Positions 13,401 through 28,400 of a stretch of 64,000 nt of DNA are shown here, in pieces. The notes below the pieces were generated by a model. It ran no database searches. It saw only the letters and a list, made by a program, of their open reading frames with translations, and was not told the origin of the DNA. The stretch covers positions 1,246,040 to 1,310,039 of the forward strand of contig NW_015161407.1 in the NCBI RefSeq assembly GCF_001447785.1. Direction: 5' to 3'. Position 1 is the first letter of the stretch. Every line of letters begins with the position of its first letter. Source of the stretch: Gekko japonicus (taxonomy: Eukaryota). The translations under genes and the position numbers were made by a program.

Positions 13401-16400
13401 CTTGTACATTTCAAATCATTAGATGTGAAAACTATGCACATCTAATAACATTTATTTAAATTCATTCACTGGATTCTTATCATTGTTCATTCATCTTCTC
13501 AGCACCTCAAACATTATATTGCATTAGTAGTGTCTGCTCTTTTTTTGAGGCAGTGATATGAAAATAAAATATGTGTTGGTGATGTTCCACTTTTAGTGGA
13601 TTATATGAGCCAAGGTAGAGTATGTTATACTTTCCCATCTTCGTTAGACCACCCTGTCACATAAGTTTGCCACTCCATAGCCCACATTGCCTAGAATATT
13701 GTTTAGGCCTAGGCTATGAGTTAGCTTGTGGTAAGGCAGTAAAAAGGGTTTTCTACCAGCGTCTACCTGTATGACCAGGAAGATGGGACATATGTGCCAG
13801 TTTTATGAGAAGCCATACAGGTACATCACAGAACAAATGTCAGTGAGTCTGTGAAGTGTCTGTGCCTGGGTGAAACATACTTTAGGAGCAAGTTTAGGAA
13901 AGGAGGAGGTGGCAGGAGTGGTTAATGGAGAAAGGAGGGATTAAGTCACATTGGCCAGGAAATGAACCAGAATTGGATTTGGACTTGTGTGTATCAAAAA
14001 GCAACCTTCCCTGCCACATGGCATACCTCTTTTGAAGGTGAGAGGATTTTCAGAAAGTGTTTAATGATGTGATATATCTTCCTGCTGTTTAAAGAACTTT
14101 TAAAAATCCCCCTCAAAAAAACATTAGCTCTTTTAAGTAACTCTTTGGATCACAGCTCTTTTTGTTGGTTAGAAGTTAGGATTACCTCACAAAAGAGGTA
14201 ATAGTGAGGAAGCTAATACTACGGAATAAATATTTGTCATTAATGGTTGTTTCCAGCAATATCCCACAATGAATCAACTTTCTGCTAGTCTTGGAGGACT
14301 AGGTCTACAGCAGGCTCAGCAGCCAGAGAGTTTAAGACCAGTCAACCTTACTCAAGATAGAAATATTCTGCCTATTGTTCCAGTTCCTGCTCCTGTGCCT
14401 AATTTGAACTCAGATCTGAAGAAACTGAACTGCAGCCCAGAGTAGGTATAAATTTTTTATTATTAAGCATGTTTAAATCCCTGTGTTTCTTGGTTTGATT
14501 AATCTGTTTGAGGAACATACAGCCTTATAGTATCAGATTGCTGTTCCATCTAGCTCAGGAGCCTGCAATCTGTGGCTTTAGAGCCAGGTGTGACTCACCA
14601 AAGAACCAAATTAGTTCTCTAATAAAGATAATGAAGTACATTAAGGTATATTGGAGGGCTAGAATAACCAGGATGTGAATTGAATGACAGAAAAAAGGTT
14701 TTTGGGGGACTGAAGGTCTTCTTAGAGATACTTTACAGAAAGGGAAAATAATAGATCACATTGCCAGTGATCATATTGCAGGCCATGGGCAGGTTTATTC
14801 TGGTGCACTAAAACAATCACATGGGCTGTTCCTCTGTAGGTTACTTATTGCAAGGCCCCACATGCTCCACATCTGCAACAGCCAGTGTTTGGGCGGCAGA
14901 AACTTAATGGATTATTAATCAGTATGCCAATTATCGGTAGTGTTGTATAGTTTCAGTTCTGAAAATGGGCTTTCTTATACTGGCTCTTTAATTAATTGCT
15001 CTGACTTACAAGTCTAATATTATATATCTTTATTTGGATTGTTTGCTAAAAATGCAGTAATCCATGCCCTGCAACATTTTTCTGCCCCTGCTGTTATGTC
15101 TTGCAGTTAGTATGCTGTTTAAGAAGTGTAGATAATGTTAAACGCCCCCTTGTGGCTGCTGCTGCTCACTCTACACTATGACAACAAACAATCTTGCCCT
15201 TTTCTTGTTGAAAAGCTGTAATTATCAGCTCATAAATTACTGAAGTCTCTCACTGTTGTTTGTATTCCAGATACATACATGGCGACTCCTTGTAATAAAT
15301 GGTGAAAAATATGGCTAGAGTTAAATGCTGAATGTGGGGATGATGGGTTGGGGGTGGGAAGGGAGTTATCACACTTGTTGCTCCTGAATCCTTCATCAGG
15401 TCTTGAATGCTCTATGCTGATGCAGAGTTTTGCATGTTGGTCTGGATATTTGCATAACACAGTGGCCCTTGAGCACATGGCCTTTTCTACGCAACAAACA
15501 CTGTGGATCATTATCTGTGAAACTAATACTTGTAATTTATCTTCTAGCTCATTTCGATGCACTTTGACAAATATCCCTCAGACTCAGGCTTTGCTAAACA
15601 AAGCAAAACTTCCTTTGGGGTTGCTTCTCCATCCTTTCAGAGATCTAACGGTAAAATACCCTTTTATGCCCAAATTTTGCTTTCACTATGTTAAAATATA
15701 AACAGAAGTTGGTAAACATTCAGAAGTAAACTGAAGTGGAATACTGGTTTACTTTAAGATGGTGCAAGCTGTTGTTGCATTATATTTCTTGAAACCAAAA
15801 TAAAACCAGAGAATAAATAGAAATGTGAACAAGCTTTGGATTGTAGCCTTTATGCCTGTCCTGTCCTATTCCTTTTTTATATCAGTTATCTTTAATATAT
15901 GTGTGTGTATAGAATTGTGATAATGTCTTAACAGTAAATAGAATTGAGTAGAATGTTTTAAAATTTGCATGCTGCAATTTTCTTATTCTCTTTTTTCCTT
16001 TTAGCAGTTACCTGTGATAACATCAAGCACCATTGTGAGATGTAGGTCATGCAGAACATACATCAACCCTTTTGTTTCCTTTATTGATCAAAGAAGGTGG
16101 AAATGTAACCTCTGCTACAGAGTTAATGATGGTAAGTATTAATGAGATAAGCTGTAATCCAAAGGGCTACCTGATAAACTTGAAAGATACAGGTGTACAG
16201 AGAAGCTTCAGACGATGTGTCGTCCTCTGTGAAGATAGCCCCCTTTCAATGTGGGAGCAGCTCCCAAAGCATAAGGGCAGCATGATCTCTTACTGTACTT
16301 GGGAACATTCTTCAAAGGCCTTACTTGTAGTTTTAACAGGTGTTAAGTAAACAGTGGTGTTAACAGGGATAACATGTAGAACTGAATAGGGTTTTGGTTG

Positions 16401-19400
16401 TTATTGTTTTTGATGCTGTAAGCAACATAAGCCCATTTCACAGTGGGCAAAAAGTGCTACAAACAAATTCTTTACCTTTTGACAATGACATATTTGTTTT
16501 ACAATTTAGTTCCAGAAGAATTTATGTATAATCCTCTGACACGATCATATGGTGAGCCTCACAAACGGCCAGAAGTGCAAAACTCTACAGTGGAGTTCAT
16601 TGCTTCTTCAGATTACATGGTAAGTATATATTTTAAAATGCTTGTCAAAAATAAATTCTCATGCATTCATTGAAGTGTTCTGAAGGTAGGACTGAAGGCA
16701 GTCATGAACTTAGATATTCCTCCCCCCCCCCACTGACTACTTCTTACTTCCTTTTTAAAACTGCTGTTTACTTTCCTTACAAAGGGCCTACACAGATGTG
16801 ATGGGATTACAGGAGCATGCAAAGCAAAATAATCTATAGTTCTGAATAAACAAATAGAGAATAAAAAAGGCTGTATCAGTACAATTTTTAATGATTTGTT
16901 TTATTTTACAGCTTCGTCCACCTCAGCCTGCAGTGTATTTGTTTGTATTTGATGTGTCCCACAATGCAGTAGAAGCTGGATATTTGTCCATTGTATGCCA
17001 GTCTTTGCTGGAAAACTTAGACAAGTAAGAACCTTCTTGGTTTTAGCTGTAATGTGGAATTATAATCAGGATTCTTCAGCCATTATAAGTGTTACTCAAA
17101 TGGTCATCTCTATTTGGCTTTGTACATACATCCACAGTCTCTCCTCCCTGCCTTGTGCCTCTGGTTCCAGAATGATCTCCTTTTAAGGAACTCACTGACT
17201 AGCTCTTAAATGCTTGGGGCATGGGGAAGAATGACAAACCCCAAATAGCAATTAGCACAGAGCCAAGGTTATAGGAGCTTGAAGTTCTGTCCCCCCCCCC
17301 CATTTCATGAATAAGATATTGGCTTTTAATGCTTCACAAAGGAGGGGGCTAGAGAGTGCCCAACCTACGCATACTTGGCCACTGTTGCTAGAGGCTTAGA
17401 GTTGTATTAGATTGCATATTGGGGATCCATGCTCTACATTCTGGTGTTAAACAGCAGTTGTCTCTGGAGACCTGCTAAAACAATGTAACTGTTGTTTGTT
17501 TTTAATCTTTAGGTTGCCTGGAGATTCAAGAACAAGAATAGGCTTCATAACATTTGACAGCACTATTCAGTTCTACAATTTGCAGGAAGGATTATCACAA
17601 CCTCAGATGCTAATTGTCTCAGAAATTGATGGTAAAGAATACAATAAGAAACCTATCTTGATTCTGATTTCAGGGATTACACAGCTGTTAGTTACTGTGC
17701 CGTGTAGTACTTTGCAAGGTCAGAAATAGTATAGATAATGACTGGAATTATCAAATTTGCTGGATAACTAGCCTGAGGCCACCTAGCAAGCTTGTAATTT
17801 GTTATATGTATTGGCTGGGATCCATAGGGCCATGCACAGTGTTTCACTCCATGTTTTAAGGTTTTTTCTAATCCCATCCCCTTGCAACAACAGCCCTTCT
17901 TGCCCTGAAAATGCAGCTCTTGAAAGTCAAGGAATTATTTTGGAGTAATGTTGCATTTAGTTGAAGGCTGCAGTTGGGAAGTTTTTTACTCTTTTTTTAC
18001 TCTTGTGTGGATCCTGGCTTTTGTATCTTACATTCAGAAAATAAATGCTTTATAGATGTAATCTGATGCCTTACTAGAATGTACTCTTCCCATAGATGTC
18101 TTCCTGCCCACACCTGACAGCTTACTCGTTAATTTGCATGAAAGTAAAGAGGTAAGATGGATCAAAATGCAGTGACCATTTACTGAAGAATTAAATGCTA
18201 GGATGAAGCCACCTTTTCTGCTACTGCTTTTAAAATAAGTAACTTAAAACAGATATGTGATCCAAGAGATCTGTGGGCCACATTAGACACGCAACATTTC
18301 CAGCCCCACCTTGAGTTATGTAGCTCTCCTGCCACTTCACTTTTGTCTCCTGTGGACCAGTGTGGTGATTCAAAGAGAGAAGAGGAGGCTGAACTAGCAA
18401 GGGAGCAATTCTGTGTTCTGTGTCGGACAAAAGGAAAAAAGTTATTGTGTTCAGATGAACTGGCTCAGAATAGAGCTGTCCTAAATTTGTAAATAGGTGT
18501 TCATCCTGGAAGAGGAGGCTGATGGTGACATAGAACACCTTTAAAAATTGCTGGATTACATACATCTTTTGAAAAGGGTAACATGGGGAGTTGTGGTGAA
18601 GGAGAGATAGTGGGAATGTCCTGAGTTACCCAAATGCCCATAATGCTGGGAAGACGTGAATAAAAGGCAGTAGGGCTCCTAGTCTTTGACTTGTAGAACT
18701 TGTGAGAAATAGACCTTAGTCCCTAGGTTATATGAGCTGGCTGTGTTCAGATGCTGCTTTGTTTTCTCCCAGCCCATTCAAGTGGCATGTACTTGTGAGC
18801 AGTTTAATGTATAAGTTATTAGTTTTCAAAATTCAGTACTCATAGAATCATAAAACCACAGAGTTGGAAGGGGCCATACAGGCCATCTAGTCCAACCCCC
18901 TGCTCAATGCAGGATCAGCCTAGAGCATCCCTGACCAGTGTTTGTTGAGCCGCTGCTTAAAGACTGCCAGTGAGGGGGAGCTCACCACCTCCCTAGGCAG
19001 CTGATTCCACTGTTGCACAACTCTTACTGTAAAAAAGTTTTTCCTAATATCCAGCCAGTACTTTCCCACCCTTAATTTAAACCCATTATTGCGAGTTCCA
19101 TCCTCTGCTGCCAACAGGAACAGCTCCCTGCCCTAAGTGACAACCCTTCAAATACATAAAGAAAGCAATCATGTCCCCCCTCAACCTCCCCTTCTCCAGA
19201 CTGAACATTCCCAAGTCCCTCAGCCTTTCCTCATAGGGCTTGGTCTCCTAATTGTTCCAGTGGATGATTTGAATTTAAACATTATGTGAAGTCATCTATC
19301 TGTAACTCGTTGCTTGTAAAAGTTGAGGTGTATCTGAATTTTCAATTTTAATGAAGAATATAGATTTGGGTGCATGAAGATTGCATCTTTCTAGCACTTG

Positions 19401-22400
19401 TGACTTTAGTAGCTGGGTTTAGCAATTAGCTTAGCTCTCTGCATAATGTGTGTGTGTGTGTTTTAAGAACTAGTATCACATGTTCTTCTGCTGTCAGTTA
19501 TTGCCACAATTTCTCGTAAACTGAAATTTCCTCCTAACATCATTCCATCTGTTTTTCAGCTGATTAAAGACTTATTGAATGTGCTACCAAATATGTTCAC
19601 CAACACGAGAGAAACACACAGTGCATTAGGTCCTGCCCTTCAAGCGGCCTATAAATTGATGTCTCCTACAGGTGGGCGGGTATCTGTGTTTCAAACGCAG
19701 TTACCATCCTTGGGTGCGGGGCACTTGCAGTCAAGGGAAGATCCCAATCAAAGATCAAGCACAAAGGTACTTTGGATTTTGGTTTATTTTGGGACATGAC
19801 ATAGCTAAGTCTTTATGTGTTCTGAAGAGAAAGGCAGACAAGAATCGAAGCTTCCATTTTGAAAAAAGATCCATATATTTCTAGCCTAAAGGCTTTGAAG
19901 ATAGGCTTGAAAGTATATTTAATGAAATCTTAGGGCTGGTTAGGTGGTGGCAGAGGGCAAAGTGAGCTTTCAGTCCCTCTCAGTGCTCTTTTTTTTCTTC
20001 CCTGAATCCAGCCGAGGAGGAATAAATTATGCAAAATAAGCAATTATGTATGCCCATTTGTTTTGTTTGCATAGGGTGGGGGGCAGGATTTGTAGAAATT
20101 TCTTTAAGCACAGCTGTGGTTACAGTGTAGAAATTTCTTTAAGCACAGCTGTGGTTATAGTTTTTTCTAAGTTGTATAATTTCTCAGGCAGTTATTTGCA
20201 TAGTGTTAATAATTCGAATGAATAAGAAGTTCCAGCACAAGAATAATATACCGCTTTAATCCATTTCTGTGCATTTGGTTCTCATTTTGTATATTTTTAT
20301 TGAAAGTTTTTTTTAAAAGACAATAAAAGTAAAGGAATTAGAAGTAAAACAAAGAACAGGAAAAAAATACTGTGCATTTTGTTCTCAGTAAGTGCTTTTA
20401 CTACTCAGTCTTGCAGACCATATTTTCTGGCTGTTCTGTGTGTAAATATTTTCTGGCAAAGCATGATCGTAAAGCCCTAGAATTCTGTTATGTCTATTCA
20501 TATGACAAACACAGATAACAAACCAGTCTTTATTTAATGTAATTATTTATTTGTGTCCCATTTTTCATGGCAATTTTGTATTTCTATAAAATCATCACAA
20601 TAATGTTTTTTAAAAATAAGAATTGAAATTATAAGATCAAGGACCTCCAAAAGAAATAGAAAATGGCAGACTAACAAGGCTAATAAAACTAAGATAAAGC
20701 TGACAATCGGGAGTGGCACAGGGCTGGCCTGATCTTATCAGATCTCGGAAGCTAAGCAGAGTGGGTCTGGTTAGTACTTGGATGGGAGGGAAGTAAGTCC
20801 ACCAAGGAAGTGTTAGGGTTGCTACGCTGAGAAACCACCTCTGCTTTTCACTTGCCTTGAAAATCCCATGGGGTCAACGTAAGTTGGCTGCGACTTGACG
20901 GCACTTTCCACCACCAAAAATACCTCATTGATTAATGCTACCTGAAATGAGAATGTTTTTCTCCTTTTTGGCGCCTGCGCTGGATCCAGCGCAGGCGCAC
21001 TAGATCCCATTGGTGTGAATGCACAGATGACCACTCGAAGATCACCAGTTACTGGTAAGCAACCTGTTTTTTTTCTCCTTTCTGTGATGTGCCTTCAGAG
21101 ATGGAGTCAGACAAACTGTCCCTGGGAAGGCATTGTTAGGTTCTGGGGGAGCAATTTGAAAAGGCTCAGCTTGTTATTATAAAAGCCAATCTTGCCTGTA
21201 CTATAAGCACCTGGGACAGGGCTTCCCTGTTTCCCTGTTAGCACCTGGAACACAGATTCCTTTAAATTATGGGGAAGTTTGTATGGGAGCCCACTGTAGT
21301 CTAATATAACTGTGAAAATTCCAGAAGAAATGGCTGGATCCTTAGTACTGCCAGTGGAGTGAGTCCTGCTAAACCAGACTTCTCCTGACTCCTGTTGCAG
21401 CCCTTCGAGCCCCACTCATCAAACCTTTGCTCCTGGGAAGGAGATTTAAACTGGGGGGGGGGGCAAAGTGGGTATCTGTGGTAAGCGGTGGAAATCAAAG
21501 GCTCAGCCTTTTGTGAATGGAAGAGCTGTTCCTCCAGAGTAGTTGTCATTACAATATTGGAATGCCAGCCTTGGATCCAAACCAAATGCTTTTAAGATCA
21601 TAGGCATATGTCATTAGGAGCATTAGTTTTTCTAGCAGATGTGATAGTCAAAGTCTGAATTTATCAAGGGCTATCATGGGCTTCAGCATTTGACAGTGGT
21701 GAAACTGTGGAGTAAATGATTACATATAACTAGTAGCACATATTTAACTTGCAACTATAGAAAAGTGTATTTGGTGTTCCTAAACTGTTCAATGTGCTGG
21801 AACGTATTCAGACATCGTCTTCATTTTGTTTGCTTATTCTAGGTTGTTCAGCACCTTGGCCCAGCAACAGATTTTTATAAGAAGTTGGCACTAGATTGTT
21901 CAGGACAGCAAACTTCTGTGGATTTGTTTCTTTTAAGCTCACAGTATTCAGATCTAGCATCTCTTGGTAAGAGATTAATTTGCGCAATTACTTTGTACTT
22001 CACCATGTGATGGAGAATTTTTCACATTCTGTTAAATTGTCTAAAAGAAGTCTTATGGCTGTAAGACATGTACCATAAAACATAGTTATTATTATTATTA
22101 TTATTTTAAAAAAGCATCTGGGCCAGCCTGAAGGCTTCATTCATTAGCTGATTTAATAATGTATTTTAATTATTTTGGTAGATTATCATTTTTTGTATTT
22201 ATTCTTTGTTACCCATTTTGGGTCCTAATTGTGTTGGGAGAAAGGAAAGGTATGTAAATGCCTTCATAGATAGATTTGCATTTATTGGCTTGCCTATCCA
22301 AGTTCTAGATTGATTAAGCTTGAACAAGCAGCTTGTGACCCCCACACCATCTTCAGTAACAGAGTTGCTCACAGCTTGGCTAAGCACAGGAAGAGGTGCT

Positions 22401-25400
22401 CATGGTATGAATTGGTGCCTATGTCTGGACGCTGGTATGGTCCACACAATTTGCACCGGTGGCTAAAAAGGCAAATGATTTGGCTAACCACAGGAGGCAG
22501 AGCTGATCACAAAATATCAAGCAGTGAGGTCATGCATAACTCTAATAATACCCTGTTTCCCTGAAAATAAGACCTACCCCAAAAATAAGCCCTAGCAGGA
22601 TTTCTATGCATTTGTGGTATAAGCCCTAGTGTGTCTTCTTGAGAAAAAATAAATATAATACAGTGTCTTATTTTTGGGGAAACACGGTAACTCTTCAACA
22701 TGCCTTTCAAAATGAACGTAGTTTAAAAATATTTTCTTGCATTCAGGCAGCTTACCTTCAGTCACACAGTGAAGAGCCTTGTTCTGTTGTGGCAGCTGCT
22801 GCTGAAGCAATTAAAAAAATTTATGCAGAACCAATTGGAAGCTTTACAGGGCAAAAGCACCGCCTGGTCCCATCCACATTCTAAAAGCACTTGCTGGGTG
22901 CCAGGAAAAGTGTTGGTGGGCACTGTGGTGCCCACAAGCACCACATTGAGGATTCCCATTTTAGAGCATTGTCCATTTCTTCGGTTCAGTGATGTGGGTT
23001 TTTCAGAAAAATTAGAATTGGAAATTTGGGGGGAAATTATCTGGTGCTCTAAAGAGAACGTGATCTGATTCAGCATGTTTATTTTGATTTGTATTTTAGT
23101 AGACAAAATTTTAAAAGTACCATTTGTTACTATTGTGGTCCAGTAGCAAGAAATACTGAACCGAAAAATTTGATTAGGAAAATAACAAATTAAGTGTGGG
23201 TTAAATGGTATGTTCAAACAAACACAAAGCTTTATAGTAATTAAAGACAATATAGTGTATACTTCCATTGTTCAATTTTTTTTAAAACCCAAGGGCACTG
23301 AAAAGTGCTGGCATCCTAATTCTAGCACACCCAAAGAACTGTGTGTGATATGTTGTGGATGTGGTTTGCTGGTGTTGCTAACTCTGGGTTCCTGGGTGAG
23401 TCCCTGGAGATTTTTGGGGAGGAGAGAAGAGGGACCTCAGCTGGGTATGATGCCATAGGAGCCACCCTCCAAAGCAACCGTTGTCTTTAGGGGACTGGAT
23501 CTCTGTTGTCTGGAGATCAGTTGTAATTCCTGGAGATTTCCAGACCCACCTGGAGGTTGACAACCCTAACATATGAAACAACATAGTAAGAATTTTAGCT
23601 TTGGTTTCGATTTGTTTTGTGGAGTCAGTCAGGTGAATTGATACCGTTGGCTTTTTTTAAAATTAACAAACACTGGGTTATTATATGTATTTGTGATTTT
23701 AAAGCTCCCCCATTTCCAGATCAGTAGAACATGCATGTATTTAGTATAACAATTCTTGTTATAATCACCTGAAAAACGTTAATTGCAACTTTGAAATTGA
23801 TGAGGTTGCCTGATATTCCGTTGGCAGTGACATCTGTTCATTTTTTAACAATGTTATTAGAATGGAATATTTTCCACAGAAAAATAAAGAACTGGAAAGT
23901 TTTATGCCCTACCTCTTTGCTTAGATGACCATCAGCTTTGCTGCTTCTTCAGTGTTCTATGCTGAGCATTATATATTCTTATATGTAGGTGATTTTCTTT
24001 TGGATCACATAATCAAATCTTTAAAAAAACTTTTTTACATTTCAGTCTTAAACAGATTTATTAGAACTAATTGATACCTGTTTAAAGGTGCTTCCATGTG
24101 CATATTAAAAGGAAGCATGCTTAGGCTCATTATAGTTTTGGTTTGGATAGCTAATTGTTTCTCCATAATGAATCTCACTTTTAAAACTGCAGAAAGGTGT
24201 GGCAGAGAAGAACAAAATATCAAGCAGTGAGGTCATGCATGACTCTAATAACAACTCTACAACATGCCTTTCAAAATGAACGTAAAACTGCAGAAAGGTG
24301 TGGCAGAGAAGGTGATTCCCCCAGAATGTGAAGGGACCCCATACTCCATCAGTAATACCCTGCCTTTCCTGTTATTAAGGAAATGTTCTGATCTTGGCTG
24401 TATTGTCAGCCTTTTTAAAAAAAGGATAACTGTATAGTAAACTGTGAATTAATGGAGGTTGATAAAATTTTCTGTCAACACTTGGATTGCAACTATTGTT
24501 ATGGATGCATATTAACTTTCTCTTTTGGTGCATCTCTCTCTCTCTCTCTCTTCCCCCCTCTTCCTCCCTTTTTACCAAAAGCTTGCATGTCCAAATATTC
24601 TGCTGGGTGCATCTATTATTATCCATCTTTCCATCATAGCCTCAACCCAATTCAAGCAGAAAAGTTGCAGAAAGATCTTAAAAGATATCTTACTCGAAAG
24701 ATTGGGTTTGAAGCAGTCATGAGAATAAGATGTACAAAAGGTATGTTATGAATTTTTAAACATATTTGTTTGCACTTTCACGAGTCAGTCTTGTGAAGTG
24801 GAACTGGATTTAGGCATCCAGAATTCTCCCAGTATAATACTTGTACTTTTGGAACTGTACTTTACTTTTGTACTTGGGGTATTGGGGAATCAACGTTTTC
24901 AGAATGACAGTCTGATTTAGCTGGGTTCTGGATTTAAAAAACAAAACAAAACACCAGTCAGTTTCTTAACTTAAATTGCTTGGAATCAAGATGTTATTTT
25001 ATGAAGACTACCATAAGATGATTCCTTTCTGGAGTCAGCCATAAAATAATAGCTATGCTTAGAGGACCTGCTCATCTTTACTGTTAGGAGCTGCATTTTT
25101 CAGCCCTCCCTGTTTTAAATTCCTAAATAATGCCTTTTGTTTTTAGGCCTTTCAATACATACCTTCCATGGTAACTTCTTTGTGCGATCTACTGACTTGC
25201 TGTCACTTGCCAATGTCAATCCTGATGCTGGGTTTGCAGTACAAATGTCCATTGAAGAAAGCCTGACAGACACCTCATTAGTTTGTTTTCAGACAGCACT
25301 TTTATACACTTCAAGCAAAGGTAACTGCAGAAAAGTATAGTTATCTCTTACAGCGGCAAGTTCACATAAAACAACAAAACATGAAGGCAGTTATTTTAAG

Positions 25401-28400
25401 AATAGTTTTTGCGTAGAGGTAAAATGTGTGGTACATTGCCTTATTCATTAATTGCCCTTACAGCTGTCCTAGAAATGTACTTTGTGGCATAAAATGTTTT
25501 GATAACGACATTTAAGAATGCCCTGTACTGTTCATTCTGATGTAGGTGAACGGAGAATTCGAGTGCACACACTCTGTTTGCCTGTGGTCACTTCATTGCC
25601 GGACGTTTATGCTGGTGCAGATGTACAAGCAATTATATGCCTCTTGGCTAACATGGGTGAGTTGAAAATAACAGTTCAGAATGTTTATGTGTTTCTGGGG
25701 CTAATTAGTCATGTTGTAGTTTAAACACTGAAGACGTACTGTGAAGATAATGTTTTCAGTTTGCAAAATGTTGCAAAACCTTTTCTAAAATGGCCCTTTA
25801 ATATTATTAGTGGTTTTGTATTCTTAACTTTTACATCTTATTGGAATTAGCAGAGGAGTCATTATGGAAGTAGTCCTTAGTACCATTTCATATTTCATTA
25901 TGGAAGTAGCCCTTAGTACCATTTCATATTTTTTAATTAGTTTGGACTAAAGGTATTTATATAGTGCCTATGTGTAGGAATAATCACAAAGGGGCACAAA
26001 AGCTTACAGTCTAGATTACATTTAGTAGTAATGCAAAGAGAGTGCTGTTTACAATCATATTTTTCAAGCTGCTTTTCCTCCGGGAAATTCAGGGTAGCAT
26101 ACTGGGGGCTACTCTTGCCCCAGTTTTATCCTTAGAAGAAACCTGAGGTAGGTTAGGCAGAGAGAAAGCGATTAGCCCAAGCTGACTCTCTGAGTTCAGT
26201 GGCAGAGTGGATAGCTGAAGAAAGTAGGTCTAATGGGAAGAGAAATTGCTAAATTATTTTATTTAATGAGCACTTCTGTTATTCCTTATTTATTTAATCA
26301 GATGTTGGCATCTTCATGGTTATTTGTGCTGAGAAAATTTTGCTGTATCATGTTGCTTATTACTTTTTTAATAGAGTTGCTTTCCTGATTATTCATTTTT
26401 TCGTTCGCCTCTCTCAGCTGTGGATCGTTCAGTTTCATCAAGTCTTTCAGATGCAAGGGATGCCTTAGTGAATGCGGTGGTTGATTCGCTGTCTGCTTAT
26501 ATGTCAACTGTATCAAATCTCCAGCCAACTGCTTTGATAGCTCCAAATTCCCTCAGGCTGTTTCCTTTGTATGTTTTAGCTCTCTTCAAACAGGTATTAC
26601 ATCTAAACAGTAGCCTATAATTGACTTCCAGCAAATATAAAGCTGTGCTTTTAATGACAGAAACTTTAATTATATGAAACTGCGTAATTGGAACACCTTT
26701 TCTGTCACATAATGTTCCTTTTAGTTAAGCTTTGTGAAGCTTAAATTACATGGTGTTGTTTATAGTAAAAATAGTCCATGCACCAAGCTGCTTTAAAAGT
26801 CGGAGTTTAAATAGTCTTTTTACTCATCAAGAATGTCAAAGACATATTGCCAGACCTTAATATTGTTTCATGATAAAAGCTAGGAGACCTTTAGTAGTAA
26901 CCCTTCGTGTTTGTAGTAAAAGGATGAAATCACTGTCATTTCTCCAAAATGCTGCAACTGGTATGCATGCCCTGAGAAGTTTTTGACTTGAGTTTATTAA
27001 ATGGTCTCCATGCCACACTGTGAGACTATTGTGAAAATTCAGGAGTTTCCTAAGCAGTTTGTGGTATGGTTTCAGAGGAGGGTGTGTTTGCCATTCAGAG
27101 GGAAACAGAAGATCCAAATGTGTCTCTTCATATTCTGGCTACAATGTTTAATAATCCTGCAGGGTATGTAGAATACTCTAAATCAGTTACTTTCTTACAG
27201 AAAGCGTTTAGGACTGGCACCAGTACACGCTTAGATGATCGCGTATATGCCATGTGTCTAATAAAAAGTCAGCCTCTGGTTCACTTGATGAAGATGATAC
27301 ACCCCAACTTGTACAGGATAGACAGACTCACTGATGAGGTATAGTATATATATATTTTATATTTAATCTAACGGGTTAGAGGGGGTGTTGCCTGAAATGC
27401 TGGAACTGCATGTGAACACTTTCACAAGTGCAGCAATATCAAATACTAAATAAATTACTAAGCTATGAGTAAATAAATGGCCCAAAGAATCACACAAGCA
27501 TTTGGGAAATAAGTAACAACAAGCAAATAAGATGACCCCATACTGCTTATGCTAGATGTTCTTCCATTAGGTTAGTCTAAATTCCAAATCAACTCTTGAG
27601 GTTTGTTATGAGCGTATTGTGTCTTGGGGTGTGGGGTAAGTTGGCAGACAGGGAATGAGGCTTTTCCCTCTGATCAGCACTCATAGCAGAGGAAGGGAAG
27701 GCTAAGGTTGGGGAGCAAGGAGGCTAGGATCAGAAAGCAAGGAGAGAAACAGCTTAAAGAATAAGAATATAAAGTTCTATACATTACTCTAGCAGTCTTA
27801 ATGCAGTTGAAGGAATAGCAAGGGGAAGAGGTCTGGGGGAAAGAGGGGACCTCTAGTGATTTCAGCCGTGGATAAGCAGTTTTGGGGATCATACTGGCCC
27901 TTTACAACATTACGTGGCAGAGGAACAATCTGGGATGAAGAACTGAACACAATTTTCTTGTGTCAGTTTGCAACTTTTACCCTATATTTCCCTATATTAC
28001 CATTGGGAACAAATTCTGTTGATGGCATTATTGAATCCTCTCTGTCACTGGGCCAGATTTCCAGAATTCTGTCCATGACTGGAGGATTCCCCCCCTCTAT
28101 CTTTATTTTCCAAACAAAGGACAAAAACAAACAGTACAGAAAACAACAAAAAAGAAAGACAGACAGTACACACAGCAGGAACCCCTCATCTTAACCAAAA
28201 ATTAACAATTGAAAAATTTTGCTCTTATCATTCCTTCTTAACAAAAAAAGAAAAAAAAAGCTTAGAAATTTTTCTCCAACCAGTCATAAACACGTGACCA
28301 GGTATTTTGAAAAGCAGTGTCTTCCTTTCTTTGCAATTCCATTGTTAAATTATCTAATTCTGCTACCTCAAGTTTATTAATTAGGTCCTGTTTGGATGTT

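Noticed and set aside
20724-20790. 5S rRNA gene
   Set aside because: Partial, diverged and fused to a SINE body; not a functional rRNA gene.
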